From positions 14,942,001 through 15,006,000 of the forward strand of contig JAQFVV010000006.1 of NCBI GenBank assembly GCA_028023455.1: a stretch of 64,000 nt of DNA. The letters are read 5' to 3'. The notes beneath the pieces were generated by a model. It was not told where the DNA came from. It saw only the letters and a program-made list of their open reading frames with translations, and made no database searches. The position numbers and the translations under genes were made by a program. This document shows, piece after piece, positions 51,783 to 64,000 of the stretch. Source of the stretch: Epiperipatus broadwayi (taxonomy: Eukaryota > Animalia > Onychophora). Position 1 is the first letter of the stretch, and each line of letters starts with the position of its first letter.

Positions 51783-53670
51783 CCAGAGGTTCCCAACATT
51801 TTTTGGATCGCAATTCATCTTTTCAAATAGCAATTCAATCAGTGCCCTCTTTACAAAAATAAAGACAGATTCTTTTCAATTTATTTGTTATAAGAATGAT
51901 TGTCTTGCTCAAAGTAGAATAAATAAAAAATATCAAAAATGCAGCTGAGCTTGATGTGATGGCACTAATTTTTTAGTATTCGGTGCCATTTTTGTCACCA
52001 GCAGTCTTAAGTTGCCACATTGCACTATTAACAATGTTTCTTTTTGTTGTTGTTGTTGTTATTAATAGATTGGTAACCATGCTAAATCCCCTTTCTGCTA
52101 AATATGCTGACGGGAATGCAATAAAGACTTTTTTGTGCAGTTCATAAATCTGAATATAATATTGGGATTTGTTTTTGAAGCCAAAATTCTTGATATCCAT
52201 TTTAGGTTGGTGATAATTCGATCAATTCCTCCTGCAGCAATAATTCTGCTGCATGTTGATTTGAGGAATGTTCTAGAATCCAATCTGGAATAGCCATATT
52301 GAAGATGTTCTGAAATCCATTCATGAAATCTTCTTCAAGTGCTTCCAAATGCTAGGTATATATCAGAATGTCATCATCATTTGTTGCCACTGAGGTAAGA
52401 TTTGGAAACTGGTAAAATTCTCTTCGGTCTTCATTTTGTTTGTACATGGCAAGTTTTGACAATAGTCACTTTTGCTTTGATGAAATTTACATCATCCCCT
52501 TGTAACAGTAGGTTTGTTTTATTAAATTTATTAAACAAATGTTTCAAGCAAGCTAGATCATTCTTAAACTCGATTAAATTCCTTCTTAACAAATCATCTC
52601 TGTTTGAAAACTCTAAAACTGAGTCAACGAGCCCTTGAATAACCAATGAACTTCTGTATTCAATAGTAAATGACTGAAACCTTTGTCATTTTCATCGCAA
52701 AACTTTCCAAACAAATTATCAGGGAGAGCATTGCTTCTTATCTTGATATTTGCTATGATTACATACTGTAGGGAGTAATGAACATGGACATTCAGGTTTT
52801 TTGCAACCAAATGTTGTCAGTGAATTGCACAATGTACGGCTACTATATTTGGTATTGTCTTTTTCAAATATAAAATAAATCCATGGTAACATCCAACCAT
52901 CACCAAACACCATCAGTAGCATCTGACAATATATTACTCAAAGGAACACTTTTCTGTAAAATAGCATTCCAATATGCCAAATATAGATTTTCTTTTTTGT
53001 GTCCGTTTCTTATTGTCTTGCGAATAATAGCACTTCAATTTTTTACAAAGCAAACATATGCTTAGAAGTAAAGCCTCATTGTTTGGTTAAGTTGCAAAGA
53101 AAAGTCATTAGCCTTCAAGAGCTTATGTAGTGAACTCTTCACATTGGGCCATTTCATTGATTTTTTTTTACACTTTATTATTGCTCAATGGGATCTTTTT
53201 ATTAATATTATATGCTGGCTTATGCAATACAGTGCAGAGAATCTCACTGTGGTAGTTTTAATTCTTCATCAATAGTATGCAGTTTCCCTGATATAGCAAT
53301 CCAGCAATAAAATATTGTAAGAGGCATGCAATCCATCATTGTCCCGCTTTGCTGCCACTGAAAACATATCAGGCAAAATTGGATAACCTGAATGTTTATT
53401 TTTAAGTATTTAAAAGTAGGATAAATCTTTATTTTTTCTGTCAGGATGAATTTTAATCAAATGTTCTTCTAATCATGAAGATTTCATGGCTTCTTTAATC
53501 AAGTGTTCTTTTAATCATGAAGATTTCATGGCTTCATTCAGGAAAATTTTCTGTCAAATCAGGAACATTGGTAGTTTCTTGTTTATAGATGACTAAATAA
53601 AACACTACTTCAAAATAGTCAATATCGTACTGTCTGCCATTTTTCTTTGAATCTGACATAGTTCTATCTG
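51783..53670 (-). pseudogene. Buster/Charlie-type hAT transposase pseudogene with one TIR
   Basis: From ATG at 53659: MSDSKKNGRQYDIDY, EAMKSS.LKEHL, ATDG, LLLNTEVHWL.KG, LFNKFNKTNLLLQG, IAFPSAYLAERGFS, ending KLVPSHQAQLHF* at 51933. TIR CAGAGGTTCCCAAC at 51783. Confidence 0.9.
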
Positions 53671-56379
53671 GAAAATATAACAAATAAGGTAATTAATTTC
53701 ATTATATTTAAATTTAGTATAACATGGTTTATGTTATGTAAATATCTCCTACTAATAAAAAACTTAAAAGATCATACCTACGTCAGATATATGTAGGTGA
53801 CAAATAGAAAATCGATCAATATTTTTAACATAAAAAATAAAACAACTATTAATTAATTAGGACTCAGAAATTTAAATCCAGACCTTTAACAAAGTAAAAC
53901 TTGATTGTTAATTGAGCCACATAGATTCATACAATCATTCAAAGTGAACTCTGTAAGATATTTTGTAGTGAAACTAAATTGAAACAAACGTAAACATTAG
54001 TTTCGGTCGAGAATCGAACTCAAGCCATTTGGTAACTGTCATATCTAGTATCCATCTAATTTTCTTGCCTCACCAACACAATAACATCATAATAAATATG
54101 ATAATCTTATGCAAAATTTAAAATACATAATAATAATATCAAATAAATAAAAAACAATTAAGTACTTATCTATTTGATAGTAATTATTTGTGCAATAATA
54201 CAAAGAACATGACATAAGATATTCTTTCATTGTAATCTCTGTATAGCCTGCACTGAATTTTAGTTTTACAATTTCTCTGAAGGAATCCAAACAAACTGTC
54301 TATTAATTACTCATGCTAACTGCAAATGGCGTTGGAGTAGGGCAAAGAAAACTGCTCCTGACAGCAGATGTTGAATATAAGCAGAAACTTTAAATCTCAG
54401 TTAAATATTACTATATCTGTTTTTTTTTTTTAATTAACCATGTACAAATATTAAAGCATATTTTGTAGCACTCTTTTATACTTATACATTCTAATTTATA
54501 AATAATATTAAGAATCATTGAGAATCAAGGGTGATGATTATTTAAGAATTGCATCTTAAGAGTTTATTATTTTGTGAAGTTCTAAACATCAGAATTTATT
54601 AACGTTTATGATATAGCTGTAAAATGCATCGTGTTAATGGTGAGAAATCTACTTTCAAACATAGATATTTGATTGACAAATCTACATTCAAACATAGATC
54701 TTAAGATTGACAAAAATATACAAACAGAGATCTTAATTTACCATATACTTGAAGATTTATTCTATGTTTGCTTTAGTAAGGAAGAAAATTAGTCTTTTAA
54801 CAATTCTGTTGTTTTGCTTTTGTAATTTTAAATTTTTATATGTACTTTAGAAATTATGAATAACCATATTAGTAGTTTACTGCTGCAATGATGTTAACTG
54901 GAAGCATGACTGATATGTTTGAACATCGATCGCTAATATATTCTCGCTGATATGCTCAAATCAGTACCTTAGTTCAGTACATGATATTTGATTCCTCCAT
55001 TATCCTAGTCATTTGGTCAAGTATTCTTCCAAATTGATAATCACTGGTCAAGATAACCTTGATGACTATTTTTCAAGTTACAATAGTTCACTTTTTTTGA
55101 TAATGAAGTATTGCGGTATATTGGGTTTTCTTAAATTTAGATTCATGGTGGGAGCTGGTAGATATTTTCATTGAAGTCATATTCATTGTGTTGTAAATGC
55201 TATATTAACAGAGTGAAAAGTGATAATTTTTATCACTTCATTTTTTACATAAAGGTTGAAAAAATAAAGCACTTTCATAACTCAATATGTCTAGTCTTAT
55301 TTTATTCATTAATATTTATTATAAGTATATAAAATTCTATAACATTAATAGGCCCAGAGATATATTTGTGTTAATAAATACATCCCCTTGTTAAGATTAG
55401 AATGTATTTTAAAATGCAGAATATAGAGAAAAAAGTGCTGTAAACAAGGGTCTTTTAACAATGGGTAAAAATCAGATAGTAATATTCAATTACAGTAATT
55501 TTCCTTTATCTATAGACTTGCTACACTCCGTTTCAGTTATCCATGGTTTGAAACCCTATTTAATAATAAAATTAGGAATACATAAATTTCACATGTATCA
55601 TCATGCATTATCTCTCAACTATTTTATCATCTTGTGAAATCATTCTGCTGGGTGATTGTTCCATCTCTTATTATTAATGTACTGTCTTTTTCTAATGGCT
55701 TTTTTTTTTTTTTGGAAATAATTTTTATTGATGGGACAAATCATTTCTGGACAGATGTATTTCCCGCAATCTTAATCTCTATGGTAACATTATACGGAAG
55801 AATATATTTTTATATTTTAAAATAAAACATTTCTGTAAAAAATAAATATGTAATAATATATACTTTTGATCTCTAATAACTATTACTCAATTACAATACA
55901 AATATAATCATAAACTTTCCAAAAAAATCAAGTTTTTAGACCGTAGTAATATTTTCTCAAAGTAATCTCGCAAATTTCGAGATTGGCAAATATACAATGA
56001 CTACGCATCAACATGTGGTTTCAGATACTTTGAAATTCCTCCTTATTCGATTATCCTAATGTCTTTTGAATTTTTTGAAATTAAAATATTAGAAAAAATA
56101 TATATGTGAATTTTAAAGCTATAAAAAATATGTTAGCAAAATTTCTCAATAGACGGCAAAAAACACAATTAAATTCCTGGATTTTTCAGGTGTGAGTTCT
56201 GGTGCCTGAAAGAAAGCATCGGTTAATGCAGGTGTTAAAATATAAGTTAAAAGTTAAATAATACTTTATTTAATATATGCCATTCTTTTACCAAAGAAAC
56301 AAACATATATATAATTATTGACCTAGTACCAGATTCATATAGGTATATAAGCAAATTATCTTAGGTTCACTTTTTAGAG

Positions 56380-56748
56380 CAGTGATTCCCAACCTTTTTT
56401 TGGGCATGCCCCATTTAAACATCTCTAAAATCCTGATGCTCCACCCCCATGATATATAATTCTTATTATTCAAAAAGTGATCTATTTATGTGAGGAAGCC
56501 TAACAAGCCATTAATGAAAAGGCAGATGAAGTACAATGGAGTTTCAAGCTATTTAACTTGCTCTAGATAACAATGAAGAGGTAAGGAGTAAATGTTATTT
56601 AAATAAAAAAGACACAAAGAAGATAGCACAGAAAGAGGCAAATTAAAAAAAACATCCTTATCTTAATTTATATATAATAAGATCTTTCAAATTCATTGTT
56701 TATAACTCAAAAAAATTCATGTGCTCCGCCCCGCATTAGCAACCACTG
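56380..56748. mobile_element. hAT (Buster-type) MITE
   Basis: TIRs CAGTGATTCCCAA and CAGTGGTTGCTAA. 8-bp TSD ttttagag / ctttacag with central TA. Confidence 0.75.
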
Positions 56749-56789
56749 CTTTACAGGGCTGAAACTTTCATATACTTGAATTATATATA

Positions 56790-57340
56790 TATGTATAAAG
56801 AAAGATGTCTTCTGGATTGATAAGTGCAGCTTTTTTTTTCCTCTGATGACCTCCAACAGTCTGAAAGCAATGTCTAGACTCCTATACTTCTTCATCACAT
56901 TGAGAACTTATTAGGGGCATAAACTTGCATTGCTTATGGTATCTTTTATCATGATGAATAACTAATCTTGTCATTTTGCATGATATACCGTCAATATCCA
57001 TAATGTTGTTCTTCCACTTATTATTTATAATGAATCCTATTCCAAGCTTCCAATACATATGTCTTTACAGTATTTGTCTCTTCACCTTTTCTTCTAACTT
57101 CTTGAAGTCTAACAATCTCCCACTTAATATTAGACAGTTCTTTTTTTAGTTTAAGATTACTCCTTCACCTCAAAGTGATCTGCAGTTGCAAGTGGCTAAA
57201 TAAAAGATTATCATTGAATGGTAGTCTGGACCCATAATTAAGGCATTAGCACCCTCTGCCTTCAGCCATTAACTGCTGCCTTGGTTGATAGTTTAACGGC
57301 CTTGTAGGAATAAGGGCCATAATTTAGTTTTGTCTTTCAT
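56790..57340 (-). pseudogene. RTE 5' fragment (APE N-terminus)
   Basis: Homologous to ~15020-15530 (AEGANAL...LATCNCRSL). Confidence 0.75.
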
Positions 57341-59024
57341 GATTATGAATATCTAGATTACTACTGCTAATAAAGAAGTTGTATTTAATGCTTACATACA
57401 TACAATCAGTATCTGTTTCAGAATATTGAAATTTAATTCTATGGATTGTTAAAATAATTGAAGCTTAAAATAGCACGTTATTTAATTTTATAAATGCATT
57501 TTTTTTTTTTTGCACTGAAATATTTTACCATTTTTGTCTGAATGCTGAGATAAATTATGTTTATTCATTTGTGTACTTTGTTTTTGTTTTTAAAAAAAAA
57601 AGAATATTTAGAAAGGAAATATATTAGTTATGTTGGAGCTAATTTTAAAAACTAAATTTATGTACTCATAAAAATTGTTGGTGTTTAGCTTTTGAATTCC
57701 ATATTTATTTATTATGTTTGCTGCTACATAGTGATTCGTAATTCTGATGATAAGGTTAACAAGATGCATATTCTTGATTGTTCACATGTATGTGTCTCAA
57801 ATAAATAAAGATAACAAGTCACCATTGTTCAGACATCTCACAGTTAAATGTAATAGATGAAATATACATTTTTAAATTTGGATTTTACATAAAGTAAAAC
57901 TCACTGATTAAGATTTATGGTTCTTTAGTTCAGTATGAATTATTCATGTCATATAGTATCAAGTTTAACTGTGAAAGAGATAAAAAAAAATCCAATTTGC
58001 TTTCTGCCTGACATCTTTATTGTTGAAAGGAGGTTGCCTTGGCAACAGGTTGAGATTGTTGATTGTTATTAGTATTGGGATTGTCTAAGTGTTGACCGAT
58101 TTTAATGATTAAATAGACATGTAGAATAAACAAGCCAGTTAATATGGAAATCTCATAAAATCTTGGGTTGGTTTACACTTCACACTGTTCTTATTATTGT
58201 TTATTTAAAGTTACCGTTTAAGTGCTTAGATGTTAGATGAATAAAGGAAATTCATTTTTTCAACTACTTGATATTGAGTGCTCTAGTATTTCAAATAATA
58301 ATAAGTTAGACTATTTATAGTATTTTATTGAAAATGATTAGTTAATCAAAATTATATAGCTTTGAGAAATAACTTGGATAATCTCTGCTAGGATAACTTA
58401 TCAAAAATAATGTATAAGATAATTCACATATTTAGATATGTTGTGTTAGTTACTTTTGGGTCCAACTTCTAGTATAATTAAGAGAATTTGTTTTGCATCT
58501 CATATAGGAACTGATTTGTTTTATACTTTCCATTAAACCATTGACTTATTATTATTATTTTCTTAATTACAGTTTTTTAGGGGATTAGATGCTTAAGTTA
58601 ATACAGATACCAATCATAAGTTAGTATGGATACAAGTCATCATGAACATCTCACATCATCATTATTTGTCTGTACCGTGATGTTACCTTTCTTTAATGAC
58701 ACACAAGGCAGTTCTAACTTCAAACTTTTTTTTCTTCCATGTATTCTAAGTTTTTTTTCTTTATTTTTTTTATTATGAGTAATTTCTAATGAACCTTGAA
58801 TATAAGAATATTTAAAATATTTTGTAAGTCGAAATGTAGGAAATTAAACAAATTAGTTATGATAATCGTATACCTGATTAACTGCATTTAGTAGTTCCAT
58901 ATTATAATTAAAAATATTATTAATTAAAAGTTATACAGATTGTGTTTATGAGATTAAAGTGTGATATTTGAAAATTCAGTTATGCTATATTTGTTTAAAA
59001 AAATGTATATAACTCTATTGCTTG

Positions 59025-59485
59025 GGAGTTCATAAGAAGTTCGAGTGCTAGACCTGCACACATCAGAATCGATCCTCGAACCTTCTGATCCTATGTTGGA
59101 ATCTCTACACTCAACCAAATCATCCAGGGCTCGAAAAAAGATATATGGTTTTATTGATCAGGAGTTCATAAGAAATTCAAAAGGCAGATTTGCAAGCATC
59201 AGAATCAATCCTGGGATCTTCTGATCCCATGTCGGATGCTCTACGATCAGCCAAACCATTCAGGACTCAAAAAAAATATATGATTTTATTGATCAGGAGT
59301 TCATAAGAAATTGCAAGCATCAGAATCAATCCTGGGACCTTCTGATCCCAAGTCGGATGCTCTATACTCAGCCATACCATCCAGGACTCAAAAAAAGGTA
59401 TGGTTTTATTGATCAGGAATTCATAAGAAATTCAAAAGCCAGACCTGCGAGCATCAGAATCAATCCTGAGACCTTCTGATCCCAA
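59025..59485. repeat. ~135-bp tandem repeat, 3.5 units
   Basis: ggagttcataagaa starts at 59025, 59161, 59296 and 59416 (one substitution in the last). Confidence 0.9.
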
Positions 59486-60460
59486 ATTGTACTCTCTATT
59501 AACTATTGTAAATTGCACAGGGTGTGAAATTAAAAATGCTATTTAATGGAAATTAAATTTGTAGTATTTATGAAGTTAAAAGAAAACTTGCCATCTTTTG
59601 AAAATTTAGTATTTTGTGATTTTCAAACACCATAAGTAGCAGGTTGGTTGACCCTCAAAACTTTTCAAATCTATCATTCTACCACCACACGAGTCCATAT
59701 AAAGTTTTTGGAATTGTATTTGCATGGCTTATTAAATTTTTAAAACACCATTGTCAGAAATTAAATTCATCTCATCTTCACAATAATCCAACATTTTGCT
59801 GATAGCTAAATACAAGAGTCTATGAATTTGTAATACCATTGGGTTTGTTTAATAATAGCGTGACCTATTATTGGCCTAACATAATAAATCTTTAAATAAA
59901 GATATTTTTTACGGAATAGGGAAGTCATGAAATTTAGTCATGTAATAAAATGGGTATAAATTATGCATATCAGTGAAAAATGATTTAAAGAATTCTCTTT
60001 CACCAGAAGAACTTATAAAACGCAAAACAAAAAACATCACTTAACCCCAGCTTACACAATGCTTTTCAAAAGTAAATTTTATTATACTATAGTTCTTCTG
60101 CCATCTATTGTAAAATTAAATAATCAGTAGATGCTAAGCAATTGGGGATTTGGACAGGTGAATTTGATATGCACTATTGATTGATTGATTACTCAAGCTT
60201 GCAATAGGTAGCAGAATTGGTGTAAACAAACAGAATTTGCTCCTAAAAAGCATGGAATAAATCACAATTATATGATGATGTACACAACTTGATAATATAT
60301 TCTATATGATAACTTTTGGTCATTGTTGGGTTTTTTTTACTGATAAGTTATTCCATTGTGCCCAACACATTTCATATAGATGCTTAAATCTGTAAATAAT
60401 ATTGAAACATATGAAGCATACATGCATACCTAGGGTATACTTTAATTTTGACAATATACA

Positions 60461-60703
60461 CATTGCTGCCACCCTGTGCCAATCAGAGTAATCAATGGAT
60501 GCCAGAAGGCTTGTGCATAAAATCCCTATCTAGTGCCTACTCATCCAATATCCCCAGACTAGTTTCTGGCTTGTGGCCATTATCAGTGAGGAGCCTTGGA
60601 TCTGAGAGCACTGCACCTAGATCTTAGGATCTAGATAGGGATTTTATGCACAAGCCTTCTGGCATCCATTGATTACTCTGATTGGCACAAGGTGGCACTA
60701 CTG
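60461..60703. mobile_element. MITE with ~67-bp near-perfect TIRs
   Basis: 60467-60533 is the reverse complement of 60631-60697 with one mismatch. The right end reads CTG|TA (TA-type target). Confidence 0.8.
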
Positions 60704-60840
60704 TATGGAGAGAGTTTTGCCTTGTTTAATAACAATTATGTGCTAGTATGAGATAGTGATCATGTGATATACACATTGACATATATTAAAACAAAGATTT
60801 TCATGGGTTACAGATATAAATGAAATGTTATCTGGGTATA

Positions 60841-62145
60841 TGTGTGAATAATTAATTGTAAAAATATATAAATCAATATAATTGTAGTAAATATATTATA
60901 TATTAAAGTTTTGATTAGATCACGCTGGTTATCATTTTTACCTCAATTAATTATACACAGTTGTACTCAAATAACGTTTTATTAACATATATTTCTATGT
61001 TTTGCAGAAAAAAAAATATAGGCTTTAGTAACTCAATAGTTATAAGTTATGAAGCTAAGTTTACTCTAGAGAAAAATAATAATGAAATGTAAATACATAT
61101 CTAAGTTTTTAAAAAGCATTAAAAAAGGTCACTAAAAATTAAAGGAAATGTAATTAGATGTGTAAGTTTAAAAAGTAATGAAAAATAGATTCTGTAAAAA
61201 ATAAAGGAAACTTTATTTTAGATAATTTTAATTTAAGTTTAATAGCAATGAAGAAAGAGGGTTTGCAAATAAATTAAACTTAAATAGGCAAAGATTGTAG
61301 GTTTAAAAGCATTCTACAAAAGATTGCTGAAAGATAAACCAAATTGTTAATTACAAGACTGGATATAACTGATGGTTTTAAGAGACAGAGAAAACTGCAT
61401 ATTGTTTAAAATAAAACATTAAACTAATTTTAGAGGAAAACAAATGGATAAGATATTTGGAGCTAATTACTAAGTAATGTTAATGGATATAATTAAAAGC
61501 TGGATGCTAATCATCGTTGTAGAGATGCATTAGTGAAATGTAGGTAATAGTTACATTGGAATGCTAGGAATTTATAAATGATATCAAGCAAAGAAAATGA
61601 ATATAAATAGTGTGCACTAAAAGAGGAGGGGTTCATCAGCTTTCTGCACAAATTGGAAGCCATTGCTGTTGTGGTATCGTGGATATGAGAAGAACTTGAG
61701 AAAAGCTGAGAGAAAAGTGCCTGGACTTTTCTGCAATGAGGAATGTGTTCCAGAACCTCTGCCTCTGAAGGTGAAAGATAGCCAGCTAGGGAAAATGTTA
61801 ATAGACCGCCCCGGTCTCTTATTATTTATGTACGCCTGAGAAGGCTCAAATAGGATTGTGTTTTGTGTAAAATAACCATGAGTATAAACTTTTATTCACT
61901 TAATGTTGACACTAGTATAGTGGCAGGATTTGTTACACAGTATGATAGGCAGTGCAGTTAGAATGTTAAATCAAGGACTATTTGTGATATGTGTAAATAA
62001 AGTAAATATGATTGTTATTCAGTTAAATCTTAATTTATGTGTATGTATACATTGTAAATAAATATATTTAATCATTATTAATAATGTTTTGGGAATTTAT
62101 AATTTTGTGGTAATTGTTGGTAATCAGCTCATAGCTGAATACACA
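60841..62145 (+). mobile_element. Possible solo LTR E4
   Basis: GTATA|TGTGT...ACACA|ATATA termini. TATAAA at ~61884 and AATAAA motifs downstream. No ORF. Confidence 0.4.
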
Positions 62146-63409
62146 ATATATATATATATATAATCATCAGAGATGAATCTTCCATGTATTGAACGGAATG
62201 AGTGCTTTCCTAGAAAAATTCATTAAAACTTTCAAAAGCTTTAATTAAAGTTCAATATAAAAAATTCACTTTCAATTTTTTTTACCAACAGTTGAATTGT
62301 TTTTATGTACAAAGAATGAGTTTGGCCAATGCATTATTGGTTGATTATAAGAAGTTCAAACAATGCTAAAATCTAATTTACATATAAAACTTGAGAATAT
62401 TAAGAGCATTTGAAGATAAAAATATATTATTGATAATATATTGTCTATATTTAAACTAATCTCAGTTTGATTAACATAAAAAAAGAAGAATGAACAATTT
62501 AAACTCATTATATTTTGTATGGAATTTCTATCAACTTTCATTTTTTTTACCGACAATTGAATTGTTTTTATATATGGCAAAGAATGAATTTGACCAACAC
62601 ACTATTAGCTCATTTTGTATTATCTATATTTAAACTAATCATGGTCTGACTAACAGATAAAAGAGTTCCAGATTTTTCTAGATGTATATAATATTTATAT
62701 ATTAGCTATTACATAAAAATTGTTGCAGTAAGTAAAATAAGAACACGATGTACTTCTAGATGGACTTTGTGGCCGAGCAATTTCCATCACTGAAGGTGAC
62801 AAAGTGGAATGTAGGCCATCATCTTATTATTATTTTCTATGCCATAAGGTCAGATTATATAAATGACTATATTACATTATATAAGTATAATAGTGTTAGG
62901 CTTAATTTAGTTTAATAGATATTTAAGTTGCATCTAGAGACAGATTTCACTAGGGAGGAAAGGTGTATTCAGTTGGGTCAAATTAATAATACATTATGAA
63001 ATATACCTCCATCTGTACCTCTATGATTAGTTTATTACTTTGATAAGATGAATCTTTTAAATTCAATTTATAATTCTAATTGTGCAAGTCATAATCAATA
63101 TTTAATCAATATAAAACAATCAAAAATATCATAATAAACGAACACAGAGCAGTGAGTTATTATTCTTAATACAATAAGATTTTAAAAAGCAGGCAAAATA
63201 AGATAAATAAACCTTATCTAGGTTTATTAAGTTGAATATATGGATTATAATATCTTCACCAAAGAATTATAAAATTAAATATAATAAAATGAAATTTTGA
63301 GAAGTAAAACAGATAAAAATATAGGCACAACCGCTGTATAAAATAGAAAATAGATTTTAAATAAACAAACGGTTATAATTATTCTATTTTAGAATAAGTA
63401 AATTTACAG

Positions 63410-63794
63410 GATGGCTCGGTTGGTTAGAGCGTTACCTTAAATTTCAATAATCAATAATCTAAGGACCCAGGTTCGAATCCCATGCTAGTACTGTCACTGG
63501 TCAGGCCAGCAACACCTGAAGAAGAGGGGAGAAAAATATCTCTCGAAACGTTGTGCGTATACTAACCTGTTTGCTGTGATATTACTAACAGTTAGTGCAT
63601 ATACTAACCTGTTTGCTGTGATATTATTAACATTTTTTTGTTGTGATATTACTAACAGTTGGTGCATATACTAACCTGTTTTCTGTGATATTACTAACAG
63701 TTGAATACATTTGGAATATTTAACTAAAAATTAAACTTTTCTAAAGACATTCAACACACATATTAGATGATGGAAATAGTCCAATATAAAAATA
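63410..63794 (+). mobile_element. Family A SINE: Pol III head, HHR and 14-bp TSD
   Basis: A-box TGGCTCGGTTGG (63412), B-box GGTTCGAATCC (63470). TSD aagtaaatttacag at 63396-63409 and 63795-63808. Internal ~45-nt tandem amplification at 63558-63700. Confidence 0.9.
63513..63555 (+). ncRNA. Minimal type I hammerhead motif (family A) with intact ACGU palindrome
   Basis: CAC CTGAAGA A GAGGGG-agaaaaata-TCTCTC GAA ACGT T / GTG. Confidence 0.75.
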
Positions 63795-64000
63795 AAGTAA
63801 ATTTACAGTTTACAAATGTAATCATAGGCAAGATTTATAATAGGGTTCATATTTATTTTAGACAAGCAATCAAAGAGTTAAATTTTGAATGTTCATTTTA
63901 AATTATAAGCTATAGCTTTAAAGACTAAGGTTTAAAGCACATTTAGAGCTGTCTGCAGTGTTTTGAGGAGTTGTTACTTGACTTCTCATCTCCATCAGAA

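Noticed and set aside
1015-62580. Most ORFs of 60-100 aa in the supplied track
   Set aside because: Low-complexity F/I/L/Y/K-rich translations of AT-rich DNA, or antisense frames of transposon remnants.
62786-62816. CACTGAAGGTGACAAAGTGGAATGTAGG, HHR-like
   Set aside because: Several core lesions and no supporting second copy.

Overview
Very AT-rich, CpG-depleted eukaryotic DNA, consistent with an invertebrate animal. I found no intact host protein-coding gene. Nearly all ORFs in the supplied track are spurious or are pieces of decayed transposons. The window is a mosaic of RTE-type LINE remnants, Penelope-like element (PLE) remnants (RT and GIY-YIG), a Buster-type hAT transposase pseudogene, hAT and Tc1/mariner-type MITEs, tRNA-derived SINEs, four long TG...CA solo-LTR-like elements, and many foldback or tandem structures. 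The main signal is a population of short non-autonomous repeats carrying minimal type I hammerhead ribozyme (HHR) motifs (CUGAnGA, helix II, GAAA, palindromic helix III, NUH). Family A has a tRNA-like Pol III head followed by an HHR, and one copy has a 14-bp TSD. Family B is a ~480-nt unit with an HHR and a B-box; one locus is bounded by identical 44-bp direct repeats containing the ribozyme core, like a retrozyme. About 15 intact or degenerate HHR motifs occur in 64 kb, often in inverted or tandem arrangements and next to PLE remnants. All structures were folded by eye and no database search or activity test was run.
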